DNA of 64,000 nucleotides from Oopsacas minuta (GCA_024704765.1 JAKMXF010000033.1:620001-684000); one strand, 5' to 3'; positions 11,201 to 25,530 are shown, counted from the first letter of the stretch. Translations and numbers: made by a program. The notes: a model not told the origin generated them from the letters alone.

Positions 11201-11974
11201 GATAGTATAGGGAAGTCTGGTGTAATGCTAGCTGTTTATCTAGCTGTTATGGATATTAAACAATCTGGAAATGTAGACTTATTTCAAACTGTCAAGAAAT
11301 TGAGATGTTCTAGAAAGAATATGGTCCCCACAATTGTAAGTTAAACATTATTGTACAATCAACTCCTGTTATATCGAACACGGATATATCGAAGTCTGAA
11401 ATTGTACAAATATGTCGCAAACAGTCAATATTACATATATTTATCGGTTATATCGAACGCCTCTTATATAGAAGTAATTATCGCTGGCCTTGAGCTTCGA
11501 TATAATGAGAATTGACTGTATTAGTAGATAACATTGTGACCAGGTCAATTTATGTAATTTCTCCCTATAGGAAGACTACATCTCTTGTCACTCTATCATA
11601 GATGAATATTTCAGAATGAATATGACGTATACATAGCACATAATAGTTTGTATATATCTATATTCTGTATATTTGTATTCAGAATCTTTTAATGTCTTTT
11701 TATGTATAATAACTATATAATTATAACTCACTGTTTTATTTCGTATTGACTGAATACTGTAAGAGGCTAAATAAAAAGGAAATATATTATTAGAGTAACG
11801 TATATTGTATATACAGGCAACTCAGGGTTTAATTGGAACACGATGGTCCCAGGTAGTTTCTCTCCCATAACCGAAGTTAACTGTATAATAGATATATATA
11901 TATCTATATATATCCATGTTTACCTCGTATACTTCCAGAAGTTCTGTAGGAATCTTTGATTGTTTCTGTCCCAT
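2256..11974 (-). CDS. CIB: Calcium- and integrin-binding (CIB) family EF-hand protein, 10 exons, 242 aa; host of three nested genes
   Basis: Exons 11924-11974, 11732-11766, 5898-6045, 4439-4540, 3772-3814, 3616-3707, 2697-2735, 2524-2631, 2346-2434, 2256-2277. All are GT-AG and phase-compatible, 729 nt with no internal stop: MGQKQSKIPTELLEVYEPLTVFSQYEIKQAWRKF...PELKENPFK...LSFEDFLDMVSVLS...AFKVYDFDGDDFIGRRDL...SKSPDFFKTFRVRI*. The paralog cannot be resolved. Confidence 0.9.
2795..3577 (+). CDS. EXOSC4: Exosome complex component RRP41, 2 exons, nested in CIB intron 6
   Basis: RNase PH motifs GLRQDGR, GSAYIEQGNTKV and YPR|SQIDIYIQVLQADGG across intron 3136-3210 (GT..AG). Confidence 0.93.
3886..4303. 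mobile_element. Non-autonomous Tc1/pogo(Tigger)-type element, about 420 bp, in CIB intron 4
   Basis: Imperfect TIRs TACAGTGCAACCTCTATAA ... TTATAGAGATTCTACTGTA with TA flanks. Confidence 0.7.
4760..5416 (+). CDS. EIF3J: Translation initiation factor eIF3 subunit J-like, intronless, nested in CIB intron 3
   Basis: Acidic N-terminus MASWDDDNYD, helical core (YVKLLIELIRKCAKDLPPDDIRQLAANL) and basic KKKKGKRPNLKL tail. Confidence 0.7.
   Translation: MASWDDDNYDLDVGFVNKLDKDSKIAAPDSSKETQKESKKQKQKNEIERKRELAEVEDFMGVDDTPDDVINSKPVTQPVPAPINARAQLKASLREASTIDDIMRISSELADIINSARESDHYVKLLIELIRKCAKDLPPDDIRQLAANLNSLHKSQDKKKKGKRPNLKLAPGKKGDDRAVSNAYDEFNLDDNRQDVDSGDEQYYKKHNASGDEDKWNF
6107..6189. mobile_element. Tiny MITE
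   Basis: TACATTAGATGCCGGTTATAAG ... CTTATAACCGGCATCCACTGTA inverted ends. Confidence 0.7.
6757..11636 (+). CDS. Receptor-type protein tyrosine phosphatase-like (signal peptide, Ig-like domains, mucin stalk, TM, tandem PTP domains), 6 exons, nested in CIB intron 2
   Basis: Exons 6757-7108, 7347-7646, 7710-8051, 8118-11335 and 11571-11636 are phase-compatible GT-AG. Motifs KNKYKSIFPYD, DYINAS, KCTQYWP, VHCNTGVGRTG; second domain EYINAS and FSCNDSIGKSG. Confidence 0.88.
7169..7329. mobile_element. MITE family A (TACAGTCAACTCCCG-type TIR)
   Basis: TIRs plus the shared core CTCAAGGGAC.GCGATAATT; in PTP intron 1. Confidence 0.8.
8200..9130 (+). repeat. Coding minisatellite for the Thr-rich mucin stalk (PNTT/TQTI units) with a 150-bp internal duplication
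   Basis: 24/27-bp units; sequence at 8761 recurs near-perfectly at 8911 (offset 150). Confidence 0.9.
11354..11520. mobile_element. MITE family A
   Basis: TACAATCAACTCCTGTTATATCG ... CGATATAATGAGAATTGACTGTA; in the last PTP intron. Confidence 0.8.
11812..11885. mobile_element. Tiny TACAG...CTGTA MITE-like insert in CIB intron 1
   Basis: TA-flanked CAG/CTG ends, more GC-rich than its surroundings. Confidence 0.4.
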
Positions 11975-12763
11975 TTAATCTATAATAATCTATTATTAGT
12001 GAAGAATAGCAATAATTGAGTATTAATGAATTCTCTTAAATATCTCAGTGTTTTGTTCTAAATTAGTAAATTTGATATTTATCAAATCATTAGCTTAATT
12101 AATTGCCAAAAGAGTAGAGATGAAATAATTAAACCTTTTAGACACACAACACTGTATAAGAAGGCTTATCAATTAATAAAGTCAGTGGACATTATCCCGT
12201 ATAACTGTGCAATAAGTATGATATATAATCTAGTTGTTTACTAAACTGTCCTCACGTGTCCGTTCTACTTGCTATTGTCCAATGCGATGCACGACATATG
12301 GCGCGCCGCCACTTGAGAAGCCCTGCAGTTGAAAATGACTTTTATCCATGTTCACAAAATAGCTCAATAATCCAATTCTATCCCCAAAAAGATTGTCAGT
12401 TACACAGTCTCTGATTAATATTCTATATAATTTATCCAGTCCCCCTGTAGGACTTATATCCTGTGATTGCTTGATAAATACATTTACAGTACCACATGTA
12501 TTCCAAACTAAATATCTCATCTCACATAATGTAATATGTTAGTAACTAAATAACAGATTTATGATTCAATAATATACAAATTCCCTAACGAAAGAACAAA
12601 TAGAGACAGTGTTTCTAGTCCCAGGGGAGATATATCTAGTTAATGTACAACACATAGACAGAACATACAGTAAGTAAGAGAGTTAGCTCAGTAATTTGAC
12701 GTAGTATTAGATGTACAAGGACAGTGGGGAGTTGTAGCATATCAAGAGAGACGGTAAGTTTAA

Positions 12764-15700
12764 TTAAACAAGTTTTGCTATCTCAGTAGCAACACTCTGT
12801 GATAGAATCTGCTCTGAGGATTTTACGCTAACAGAAATCCCACTTTGTAAACTATCCTTCACTAGCAAACATACATGATGTTGTCCTATCGTAACACCAT
12901 ATAAGGAAGCACCGGTTCCTACACGCTCAATAACAGACACGTGTATACCTGTTGATATTAATGTTACTGCATTATTAAAATCTGTTGATCTTATGAAGGG
13001 TAGTTGTGAAGTCACAGCTTCGCTTAATTCTCCACTACCTAACACTTCCATGAACTCGTTTTTATTGAAGTTTGTAGTGTGAATAAACGCAGAAACAGGA
13101 AATGAGATACGTACATCTAGCTTCTCACTGGTACTACCTAATGCACTGTTTATCATGTAGGTTAGTGTGCCTTTCAATTTCTGTGGTACCAATACATTAT
13201 TAACATTGAAAGTTATTTGAGTCTCCTGGCTATTACCAGGAGTTAGTTGGAATGGGAGTAGTATTGCGTCACGAGCTCCTACCCCTGGTGGTCTGACAGC
13301 CTGTACATTTAGAGAATCCACTATATTGAATTCCAGTGTTGTTAATGTAGAAGGCGATTTACTACAGAATGTTAAGTGTAGGACTACCTGTTGGTTGTAC
13401 ATATGATTCTGTTTTAGTTCGAATAGAATACGTAGATTTGTATCTGCTACTAATTCCTCTTGTAGATTTTTCTTAGTATTCAGGAATCCTAGTTCTAGAA
13501 TATCATTAGTAGGATCTATTAATGGTACTGTAGTAGAGGCTACTGGAGGAGGTGATTCTATGACTTGCTCAGGTCGATGTTTCTCTCGTTTCTTATCTCT
13601 ATCTCTCCTATGTTTATGCTTTTTCTTGTGTGTAGAGTCTTCTTCCAGAGTAACAATTGGCTGGGTACCATTCTCTGAGGGAAGGAGAGAAGCTCCTATA
13701 GATGGTCCGTTAGTGTCTGGAGGAGGAGATGTACTCGCGTCAGGTGCTAGCCAGAAATCTAAGTCATCCTGTTGAATACTATCTACTACTTTACTTGGAG
13801 ATACATGAGTTGGTTCTTGCTTAACTTTAGATTGTTCAGTTTGATTCCTATCAACATCCTCTCCATCCCCTATTCCTATCAAATCAGGTCCATCTACTTC
13901 TTTCTTGTGATGTCTCCTCTTAGATTTCCTCTCTTCTCTCTCTGCAGCTGTCTCCTTCTTCCTCTCCCCTCTGTCCCTCTTCTTATCTTCCTTATCTTCA
14001 TCCGCTTCTTTATCTCTTCTGTGTCGTTTCTTATCCTTTTTCCTCTTTCTCTCTTCCTGATGATCAGCTGATACCTCAGCTGGTTTCTCTACTACACTAC
14101 CCACTTCTCTATGTCTTCTAACTGGTATCATCTCTTCATCCCTTAGAGGAGCATCTAGATTAATATTCAGTCTGTCGTGTGGGTTGTTAGTTGGTATAGA
14201 ACTTTTAGTGTCTCCATCAGATAAGTTAGCTCCCTCTGGCATCTCTCCTAAAGCTACATTCACTCTATGAACAGGCTGTACTTCCTCCTCAGAGCTCTCT
14301 CCTTGCTTCTTCTTATGTTTCCGACTTGATTTTCCTATAAACACACAATATTACTACAGTACTTAATGGACGTATGAGATACTCAAGTTGGATTAGTCAG
14401 TACATTGCAACCTAGATTACTTTAGGCATTTGCAGTGGAATCACTTGATATTGACGCTAATACCTAGTTATAAAACTGTGGTATTTATATCACTCACCCT
14501 TCTTAGTAGACTTCTTAACCTTCTCCACAGGAACAGCAGTACTATTATCCATGAGTATAGGAATACTCAAATTAATAGGTTTATTAACTAGATCAATAGT
14601 ACTAGTAGTCCCAATAGAATTAGCCTCTACATCAGGTCCTATAATACTACTTCCTGCCTTGAGATAATGCGGGTTGTGAGCTAATGACAGTTCTCTCTGT
14701 TGCTTCTTACTCATTATTTCCTCTTCAGTAGCTTGATAGGAGTCTGGAGATGCTGTATAGGTTGTATCAGTGTATGCTTTATCTGATCCAAATAGTATTT
14801 TATCCCATGGCATATCTTCTGGCTCTTTTTCAATTGTAGGTGGGTTAATCCAAGCATCGAGATCAAGTCCATCTGGAATTGGTACCTGTATGGGAATTCT
14901 ATTGAAATACAAATCGGGAAGTGGTTCCCAAACGAGAGTCCATAGAGCCCCAAGGAAGAAAATAGGGAATCCACAGGATGGCAGGTGGTTTAAAATTGGT
15001 ATAGGGGTATTTGGGTGAAATTTGTTAGGAATCACTGGTGTAGATATATAATTATGATAATAGCTATTCTGTGGGATCTTACCTTCTTCTGGGCAGTTGG
15101 AGCCACAGGGTTGAGTTCTCCTTCTATCAGGGCTTTCAGCTCTCGTAGAACAGATCCTCCCTTCCCCTCTACCTTTGCCATATACCGTACTATCTGTAGG
15201 ACTAAGCTAGCTCTCTCCTGAACCTCAAGCTCCCCACTCTGTAAACTGGATTCTAAGTTCTCAATTAAGAAAGTCTTAGAATCATTTCTTAATTCATCTC
15301 CAGCTGGTCCTGACGGAGCAACCTCTAGTACACGTACGTATAGTTTCAATGAGTTGTGTATCAGAGTAGCCTAGCAATATATTCATATAACACATACTGC
15401 TAGAAACAATGTAATGAATAGTGGATTCTTGTTAAGCGAACATAGATATCAGATAAGACATACAGTAGAACTCGGATAGGAAAAGATAAATATTAGTGCG
15501 TACTAATTGAAGTACGTCTTATCCGAATATTTCCTATACAAGTAATACAAGAATTGATAATCCGTTTTGGAGAAATTACGTATTAACTTCCCTATTGTAC
15601 TTACCTGTACATATGCAGGAGCAGCGTTGAGTCTAGGCTGTTTATAACAACACATTAACGTCTTACCAGGATCATCTAAGTATACAGCATACTCTCCACA

Positions 15701-18408
15701 TATATATGCTACACAGTAAAGCGCTTCAGACATCTCAGTGATCAATACTTCTGTATTCTCAAGTATAACAGACATCTGTTTAACCGAAAACGGTCTAACG
15801 TCAGGTACTCTAACTGTAACATCTAGAATCTGTTTAGCTATTGGACCCGTGTCCTTGACCCCTTCTACTCTAAGCAGCTCAACTAGTACTGTTAAATACC
15901 ATTCAAAATTAGTAACATTAGAATACCCATTCTCACTGCATATAGACACTATCTTATTTATAATATCATCTCTATATGCAGTACCCTCACAGTCTCCTAA
16001 ATGCTGACGTAATCTGTTAACTATCTCTGCAAGGTTCTTACGTGATACCATTCCCCCCAGCAGATTAAGAGCACGTCTCCTGATTGATTCGTCACGGTCC
16101 TCAAGACAATCAATTATCTACAGAAATATACAAATGAATCTCACACTACTCTTAGGCAACTGCCAATTAGAGACTTGTTTCAGCTCCACCGCCTGCATGG
16201 AGTTTACCTGTCGTATGTAATTGTCATTATTTCACCATTTTGATAAGTGAAATTCTAGCGGACGAATAGTAGTGATTTTTTACAGACTTCCTTTAACACT
16301 CATAATTTCCATATTTCGAAGTAAGTAAAGTCATTGAAATTTATTAATGAAATGGCCACTTTATATTATGATAATGCGATTAATGTCACAGAATGATATG
16401 ATAATGATAATGGTAATAATTTCCTTCTGCGCATGCTTAGATGGACATCATATGGAGCTTTAACAATCTTATCATTAAACTAAAATTTATTGTAGTCTAT
16501 GCAGAAGGTATTCCACATAATGTGTTAAAATGGGTAGAATAATTAGGAAAAGCTGATGTAATAGTAATTACCACTAACCATATCTCTAAGAGGCTGAATC
16601 AGCTTAGGATGTTCTCTAACAATCTCTCCTAACGCTAACAGCCCTAAATACTTCAGATTCTGATCTGCATCTTCCACGAATAACCGTAATTTAGTCACAC
16701 ACAGTTGCATAGAAGGACCATGTGTTGGCATACCTTTAATCATAGTCATAACACACTCGAATAGCAATGACATAGCTGAGGTAGTATTCACGAGGTTAGT
16801 CAAGGGATCCAGTAGTTTCTTCCCTATAGAGAAGTATTAATTAACCTGCTATATACATGAGTATATCCGTGCTAACCTAATCTCTGCTCCATGGGACAGA
16901 GAGAACCAAAGAGTTTTATAATCTTGATTAGCATCCAGTTATTCGTCGATGATGTCATGAGATTATAGAATAAAGGCGCCATACTGAGGTAGTTCTGAGG
17001 ATTGTGTCTAGCTAGCTCTGTGATTACATTTACAGCTGCACACTGTACCCCAGGGTCATCATCTTCTAGTTTCTCTTTTAGACGGGGAAATGCTGGTCTG
17101 AGGGCATCCGGGAACTTCATGAAGATACAGTACATAGCGAGGGTAGACTTCTTTCTATATAGAGTAATGTATTAGGATGTGGATGCATAATAATATCAGT
17201 TGTAAAAGTGATGTCACGATAATTGTTACAACTATTATTATGTACAAATCTCAAATTCTAAGATCCAATATTTGGGACTCTATGGTCCCAAACCGTCAAA
17301 GTAACATAAATTTCATAGATTATATCAAACTACGCTTAGTATGTACCTGATAATAGGTTTAGTACTGATCATGAGAGCCATTATGTCATTAGCAAGATCC
17401 ATAGCTAGATCTTGGGTAAGGAAGCAAGAGAGAGAGGATAGAGCTATACTAGACTCATGAGTTTGAATACTTAATGCATCTTTCTTTACTAGATTAGTCG
17501 CAAGCATTGCTACGTCTATTCCTTCATGGAAGCATTGTGAAGCAGCTAGGTAACCTAGAAATATAGATAGTGAATAATGAATGAAGCATCATGCCTCTTT
17601 ATCATTATTAATTAGAATATTTGGAGAAGTCAAGTAGTATTAGTTATATAAATGATTAGCATAAGAAGCGGGGTAGTTCATCTCGATTCCCAAATGTCAT
17701 AAGCATGAGTAAATTCGCAACATTTTAAATATGGCTTTACTATACCCCAAATAATGGTACTTTCTATATAAACTGCGAAAACTTTTCTTACAGTCTCAGA
17801 AACCACATTGAAACAAACAGGGAAACGAGGTACAGTGGAACCTGCATAAACTGTCGTCACCTGTTTAGACTTCTATAATCCGACAGTGTTTCTGATCTGA
17901 AATAGCTTCTGACAATAAAAATTCACTTGCATAATCCGACAATTTGCTAAACCGACACAATTTTCAGCACCCCTAGCACCCCATTTGTCGCGGTTACACT
18001 GTAGCATAATATCGCTGTTAAGGACCCGCGGTAATCGATAAGAAATGGCATAAATGTAAATATTTTTCTGTTAAATGTTATATGATAAATAATGAGATAA
18101 TGATTCCTTATTGACCCCCTTGGTAACTGAAAATAATGTATCATTATGAGGGCCTTATACTTACCTATCCGTTTAAACACAAATTTATTACTGGACATAA
18201 CTTCTATAATATTGAATGCTGCCCAACTCATATCATATCCCATCATGTGTAAGTAGGTTAGTTTAGCAACAGCATTAGCCTTATTAGTCATGTTATCTGT
18301 CTTTAACTCCTTCTTTATCTCGAGTATACACTCCCCAATGTACTCGGGCTCATTGTCTTTATGTGCTCGAATACCCCGTACTAAATCTGATAGAGTTTTC
18401 TCAAACAT
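12764..18408 (-). CDS. AP3D1: AP-3 complex subunit delta, multi-exon
   Basis: MFEKTLSDLVRGIRAHK, KANAVAKLTYL, KRIG|YLAASQCF, DADQNLKYLGLL, TNFEWY, ELNPVAPTAQKK|VPIPDGLDLDAWIN, a basic/acidic hinge and a C-terminal ear. Exons recovered from ORF fragments with GT-AG joins. Confidence 0.95.
17831..18003. mobile_element. MITE in AP3D1 intron 1
   Basis: TACAGTGGAACCTGCATAAA ... TTTGTCGCGGTTACACTGTA. Confidence 0.65.
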
Positions 18409-18925
18409 TTCACTGCATGTAGTCTCTAGCTATTAGCGAGTAAGAAGGAATGAATTATTATACAACTCCTCTACTAGCACTATTGTATAAGAATTCTTAT
18501 TAGAATAGGAGAATCAACACAAATAACATTTGTGTATGCCATAGGGAGATAGGAGTAATACACTAATTTAAGGATATTTTTGAATAGGACTGATCTCATA
18601 AGAGTAAAATTTGTTTATTTGGCTAATTTCGCATTTGACCCGATTAAGCTGTATTAAGTGGAGTTCCAATTCTCGAGTCGTGTTGAAGATGTTTCTTTAA
18701 CTTACATACCATGCTTAGTGTCCATGGTTCAATAAGTTGGACCCAGGTTTCATTTCGTTATAACCGGAGTAAAATCAATTACTTTCACGCTAGAATATAT
18801 CAAATATTACAAGCGGAATAATCACAAGCATGCAATCATACGTAAATAAACAATGTATTAAAATACTAACAAATCAATAGAGACGATTGGAATTAATAAA
18901 ACACTCGGTTATATAATATACAAGT

Positions 18926-19789
18926 TTACAAGTCTGTTTGTGCATCTTGAAATTCGTCATCAGAGTCGGTTACAGAATCGACTACTGCTATACGGTCTAT
19001 CTTAACAATGACGTCATCATTACCATTCATCGTCTTAGCATGTTGAGTAGTTTGGTTGATTAGCAATAGCTCTAACTCTCGTAACTCTCCGTATGTGATA
19101 TCAAACCATTCATCAAGCCACATGATTGAGTCTTTGTGTGTTTGGTATAAAACCTCTCTCAGTCCTTCCACGATCCCACACTCAGCTTTATTCTGTATAC
19201 CAATGATAGGAACTGAAGATTTGATAAGTTTGTAAGAACACATTACTTCATTCTGAGTATCAATCCAGTCCTTGTTTAGAGGTCCACGCTTCGCTTTTTC
19301 ACACTTAAACACTTCTGTGTTATACCTACCACCTTTATTGTCCTTCAAGCGATCGTTAATCACATCAAACACAACTACTTTACTCTGCTTCAATACAACT
19401 GGATCGAGTTTAAAAACATTATCAGTAGTTCCTTTATCGTTTAGATAACAGCTAAATATCTCAACTCTTAAATTAGGCAATATCTTACAAGTGAAGATAG
19501 AATAGCAATGATATGGATAATAATTCCAACTCTCTTCCAATACATAGAAGGAATGTGAAGGGATAAAAGACTGTACCCAGGAAGGTAAATAGGATGTAAG
19601 ATAGAATCTCTTAACTTGATGTACTCCATCACCATACAAATCATGCTGACAATGCTCTGATACAACCAGCATAATTCCTACTCCCTCTTCTACTGCCTCT
19701 CTCTCTGCTTTAGCTATTGTGTATCTCTGTCCTCTCTGGAACTCATCTACACTCAGTGGCATTACAATGCGGAACTCGCGAATTAACAT
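18926..19789 (-). CDS. Phosphatidylinositol transfer protein (START-like PITP) with C-terminal FFAT-like motif, 287 aa, intronless
   Basis: MLIREFRIVMPLSVDEFQRGQ, EESWNYYPY, MCSYKL and WLDEWFDIT motifs; tail DSDDEFQDAQTDL. The ATG at 19789 follows a TTAG acceptor-like site. Confidence 0.85.
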   Translation of the reverse strand: MLIREFRIVMPLSVDEFQRGQRYTIAKAEREAVEEGVGIMLVVSEHCQHDLYGDGVHQVKRFYLTSYLPSWVQSFIPSHSFYVLEESWNYYPYHCYSIFTCKILPNLRVEIFSCYLNDKGTTDNVFKLDPVVLKQSKVVVFDVINDRLKDNKGGRYNTEVFKCEKAKRGPLNKDWIDTQNEVMCSYKLIKSSVPIIGIQNKAECGIVEGLREVLYQTHKDSIMWLDEWFDITYGELRELELLLINQTTQHAKTMNGNDDVIVKIDRIAVVDSVTDSDDEFQDAQTDL

Positions 19790-20451
19790 AGCTAATAGTG
19801 AGCAGGAAATAATTATTAGAAAGAGAATAGGGAATATATAGCGGATTATCTGTAACACAAACTACAAGGGATTGGAATTTGTATTAAAGAAAGAACGAAG
19901 TGATTTTCATTGAAAAGTGAGATTCCGTAATTAATCCGCAGAATTTATGTAATACAGTTACGATAGAATACAGTGCATAATATCTATCAAAGCAGTATTT
20001 TCATAGAAAAGGCTTAATGGCGAATACTACAGTACGTATTAAAGACTCTTAAGTGAAATGAAATGTCAGCAATCATTTCAAAAATACGAGAGATATCATT
20101 AACCGGATAACATCTGCTCTCAAGAGAAACCACATTATACAGAGTATTCTATGATTGCTTGCTTACATGAGTTATATAAATAATGGATATTATATGGCCT
20201 AGTTCAGCTACCGAACAAACAACCAATTAATTTGGACAATATATGACATACAGTGACGACATAAGTACAGTGTTCTATTATATAAGATCCATATGAAATA
20301 TGTACTGTAATACCACTAATTATTGAACTAACAAGTGATTATAAAAATTCGACATACACAATTGTTGATAAATAGATAAATAAATTGAAAGAGTATATAA
20401 TGCTGTAAATAAACGAATAATATCAAACACGATAATAATCACCTTATCAGA

Positions 20452-22629
<2,178 letters not shown>

Positions 22630-23200
22630 GATAGTAAATCTTTGAATTTATCAATAAACGGAAACTGATAAATATATACTATCTGATTTTGAGGTAATAT
22701 GTATCAGAAATTCTTAGAATGCTAAGTAATAACTCTTGGAATGCCTTGGACTACCACACACTTATCGGGAATAATGCAAATAGCATAGATGCTTTCAAAT
22801 TTGTTGTTCGTCACCAAAAGATATTTCTCTGATGTGACAATTATTGAACAGATTATCCTCATCATGAATAAATAATAATTTGTCTCTTGAGCCTATATGT
22901 CTGTTGAGAGCAAGTCTCAAAGTATATTTTGAGAATTCAAATATTTGTTTACTGTATATTCATAAAAAAACAATAAATTTGAATATGAGAAACTTGAAAA
23001 TAGCAAATTCAGATTCAACGTAGCAGATTACACTATATGCCTTTTGAGAGCAATTCTCCAAATATATTTGGAGAATGCAACTATAAATTTACTCAATAAT
23101 TATAAACACAACAATAAACGTAGAATTGAGAACTTGAAAAGGCGAAAAAGATAGTTACTCCTTGGTAACCCTTTGGAGCAAGACTGTGCCTAGGCGACAA

Positions 23201-23729
23201 CTTCCAGCAGTTTCCAGCAATTTCCAGTAATTTAACGTAGTTTCGCACAGTTTCCCACAGTTTCCAGCAGTTTCGCACAGTTTCCCTCAGTTTCCAGCAG
23301 TTTCCCACAGTTTCGCACAGTTTCCCACAGTTTCGCACAGTTTCCCACAGTTTCGTACAGTTTCGCACAGTTTCCAGCAGTTTCGCACAGTTTCCCAGTT
23401 TCGCACCGTTTCCCACAGTTTCCAGCAGTTTCGCACAGTTTCGCACAGTTTTGCACAGCTTCGCACAGTTTCCCACAGTTTCGTACAGTTTCGCACAGTT
23501 TCCCACGGTTTCGCGCAGTCTCCAGTCGTTTCTAGCAGTTTTCTAGCGGTTTCTAGCAGTTTCTAGCGGTTTCCAGCAGTTTCCAGCGGTTTCTACCCGT
23601 TTCTAGCGGTTTCTAACAGTTTCTAGCGGTTTCTAGCGGTTTCCAGCTGTTTCTAGCGGTTTTTAGCAGTTTTTAGTGGTTTCCAGCGGTTTCTATCAGT
23701 TTCCTGCGTTTTCTAGCAATTTCCAGCTG
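23201..23729. repeat. About 50 copies of a 10-bp minisatellite (CAGTTTC+GCA/CCA/CAG; right half GCGGTTTCTA/GCAGTTTCTA)
   Basis: Direct reading; the variant changes at about 23520. Confidence 0.95.
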
Positions 23730-24835
23730 CTTTTGGCAACATATGGTGTATATCTTTTTATTCTAGATACATTATGTGAACAAATTTCACTATAGTAGCT
23801 GTAGCATTTTCCCCAACGTTATACTGGGGTAATTGAGTCTCCTGACTCCGATTATGTTACTGTGAACAACATATTGTGAATATCTTGTTTACTTTTTGAT
23901 GCATTAAGTAAACAAATTTATCAATTGTGCTAGGATCATACTTTCAATGCCTATAGAGGGGTAATCGAGTAAGTTCCAAACTTGAAGAACTGGTAAATAC
24001 TGACTACTTTCATAAAACCCTTTCATAAAGTAGAATATATTATTTATGTGGTGTATAGAACCTATATTTTGAGTCATTTTATTGGTTATGTACTAGATAT
24101 ACTATATCTATACAATGTATATTTTGAGCTGTTCAAACGTTACGTGATGCTACAAGGGGCCATCCCTTTCTTGGTGGTATGTGAAGTTGGACAGCCTCAT
24201 TCTTTTTGTATTATACAACGTTCCAAAGCGTGACACAGGGAGGTGTCAAAATTTATGGAATTTGCGTTATGTAACGTTTGAACGGCCCCATATATCAATA
24301 TGAATACAAGAGCACCCAGAGGGTGCTATCCGCGGATACAAAGTGTTCGCGAGCCGCGCAGCCCAAGAAAGCGAAGCTTGCTTGTACTAATAATCCGGCG
24401 AAAAAATTCCGCTATTCAAAGTTGGCAAGTATGCGTTTGCCTGTTATGGTTTATATCTACAACAAACCCTCGTTTTAACTAAGAGCTAGATACCCCGTTC
24501 ATTTAGTTTTAGCGGTACTTCTTTGCGAGCGGAGTGAATCAATTACTTTCAAGCTATAGAGGGCAAAGAATCGCTTCGTACTTACGGGAGATTCGTTATA
24601 TCCGACTTGGTTATATAAAGAGTTTACTATAGGGAATAGTGTTCGGCGAACGGGATTACCTCTGACACTGGGGCTAAACCGGGTCTGCTTTTGTATCAAC
24701 CGAGGCAATGTCCGACTGCCACACTATACTGACGTACTGAATTGATCACCGTTGAGCAATACTCCTAACGGTATACCCTTAAGTAACATTTTTAAGGCTC
24801 CTAGTATTATGCAGTATAGAGTAGTAATTCTGTAG

Positions 24836-25100
24836 TTATTGTGGGACAAATTACCAACGATGAAATTTATGTATCAGATTTTGGAAACAATCGCATACAA
24901 ATATACAACAATGAAGGGAAACATTATTCCCAATTATGTATACCATCGGCTATATGTCCACTTTGCATTTGTTTTGCTCTAGATGATATGTTTGTACTTG
25001 GTAAGTATTTTAGGCTCCGTTATCTGCCACCTCTTTCTGAAAGGTTTATTTAGAGTTTGGGATACGGAGAATTCATAGTTGTCAAGTCTCACGGATTTGA
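24836..25100 (+). CDS. Last two exons of an NHL-repeat (beta-propeller) gene; upstream exons not resolved, pseudogene possible
   Basis: Exon 24836-25000 (TAG|...|GTAAGT) encodes IVGQITNDEIYVSDFGNNRIQIY...DDMFVL. It joins in phase to 25054-25100, giving EFGIRRIHSCQVSRI*. Confidence 0.6.
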
Positions 25101-25530
25101 ACACAATCTTACTTTAATTTTAACTTCTCGCTTAAAATTTTCTAGGGAATTCGAAATTATTACAGTGATTCATAACGAAATACACGCGAAATTCAACTGT
25201 TCCTAAGGAAATCTCAAATTCTTGGGTTTATTCAGTGTAACAGTAACTAAATAAACCTCTCCGTCAATAGTTTATTATTAACTGATACTTAGGGTGAATA
25301 CACCTAGGACAAGTACCTGAATACAGAATACACATAATCACGAATCAGTAGTTACGTATTTTATATGCTGTGTATACTATTTGGAGGTGCAAATTCGAAG
25401 GATTTCTCTCTTGTTAAATGGATAACTAACTACCATTCATTTCAATTACATTATTATGATCACAAATGTTAACCTGGAGTATTGACAAAAGTTTACATGG
25501 AGTATTTACAAATTGTATACACACAAATAT

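Noticed and set aside
22720-22870. 47-aa minus-strand ORF with vague beta-propeller-like wording
   Set aside because: Short, with no diagnostic NHL motif and no convincing splice links.
23093-23506. Three overlapping minus-strand Cys-rich repeat ORFs (CAKLWETVRN)
   Set aside because: All three frames are open only because the 10-bp unit lacks stops; there is no frame preference or unique flanking coding sequence.
24230-24790. GC-richer insertion with small palindromes and a CCC|TTAA end (piggyBac/Kolobok-like)
   Set aside because: No matching left terminus or transposase remnant; too weak to classify.
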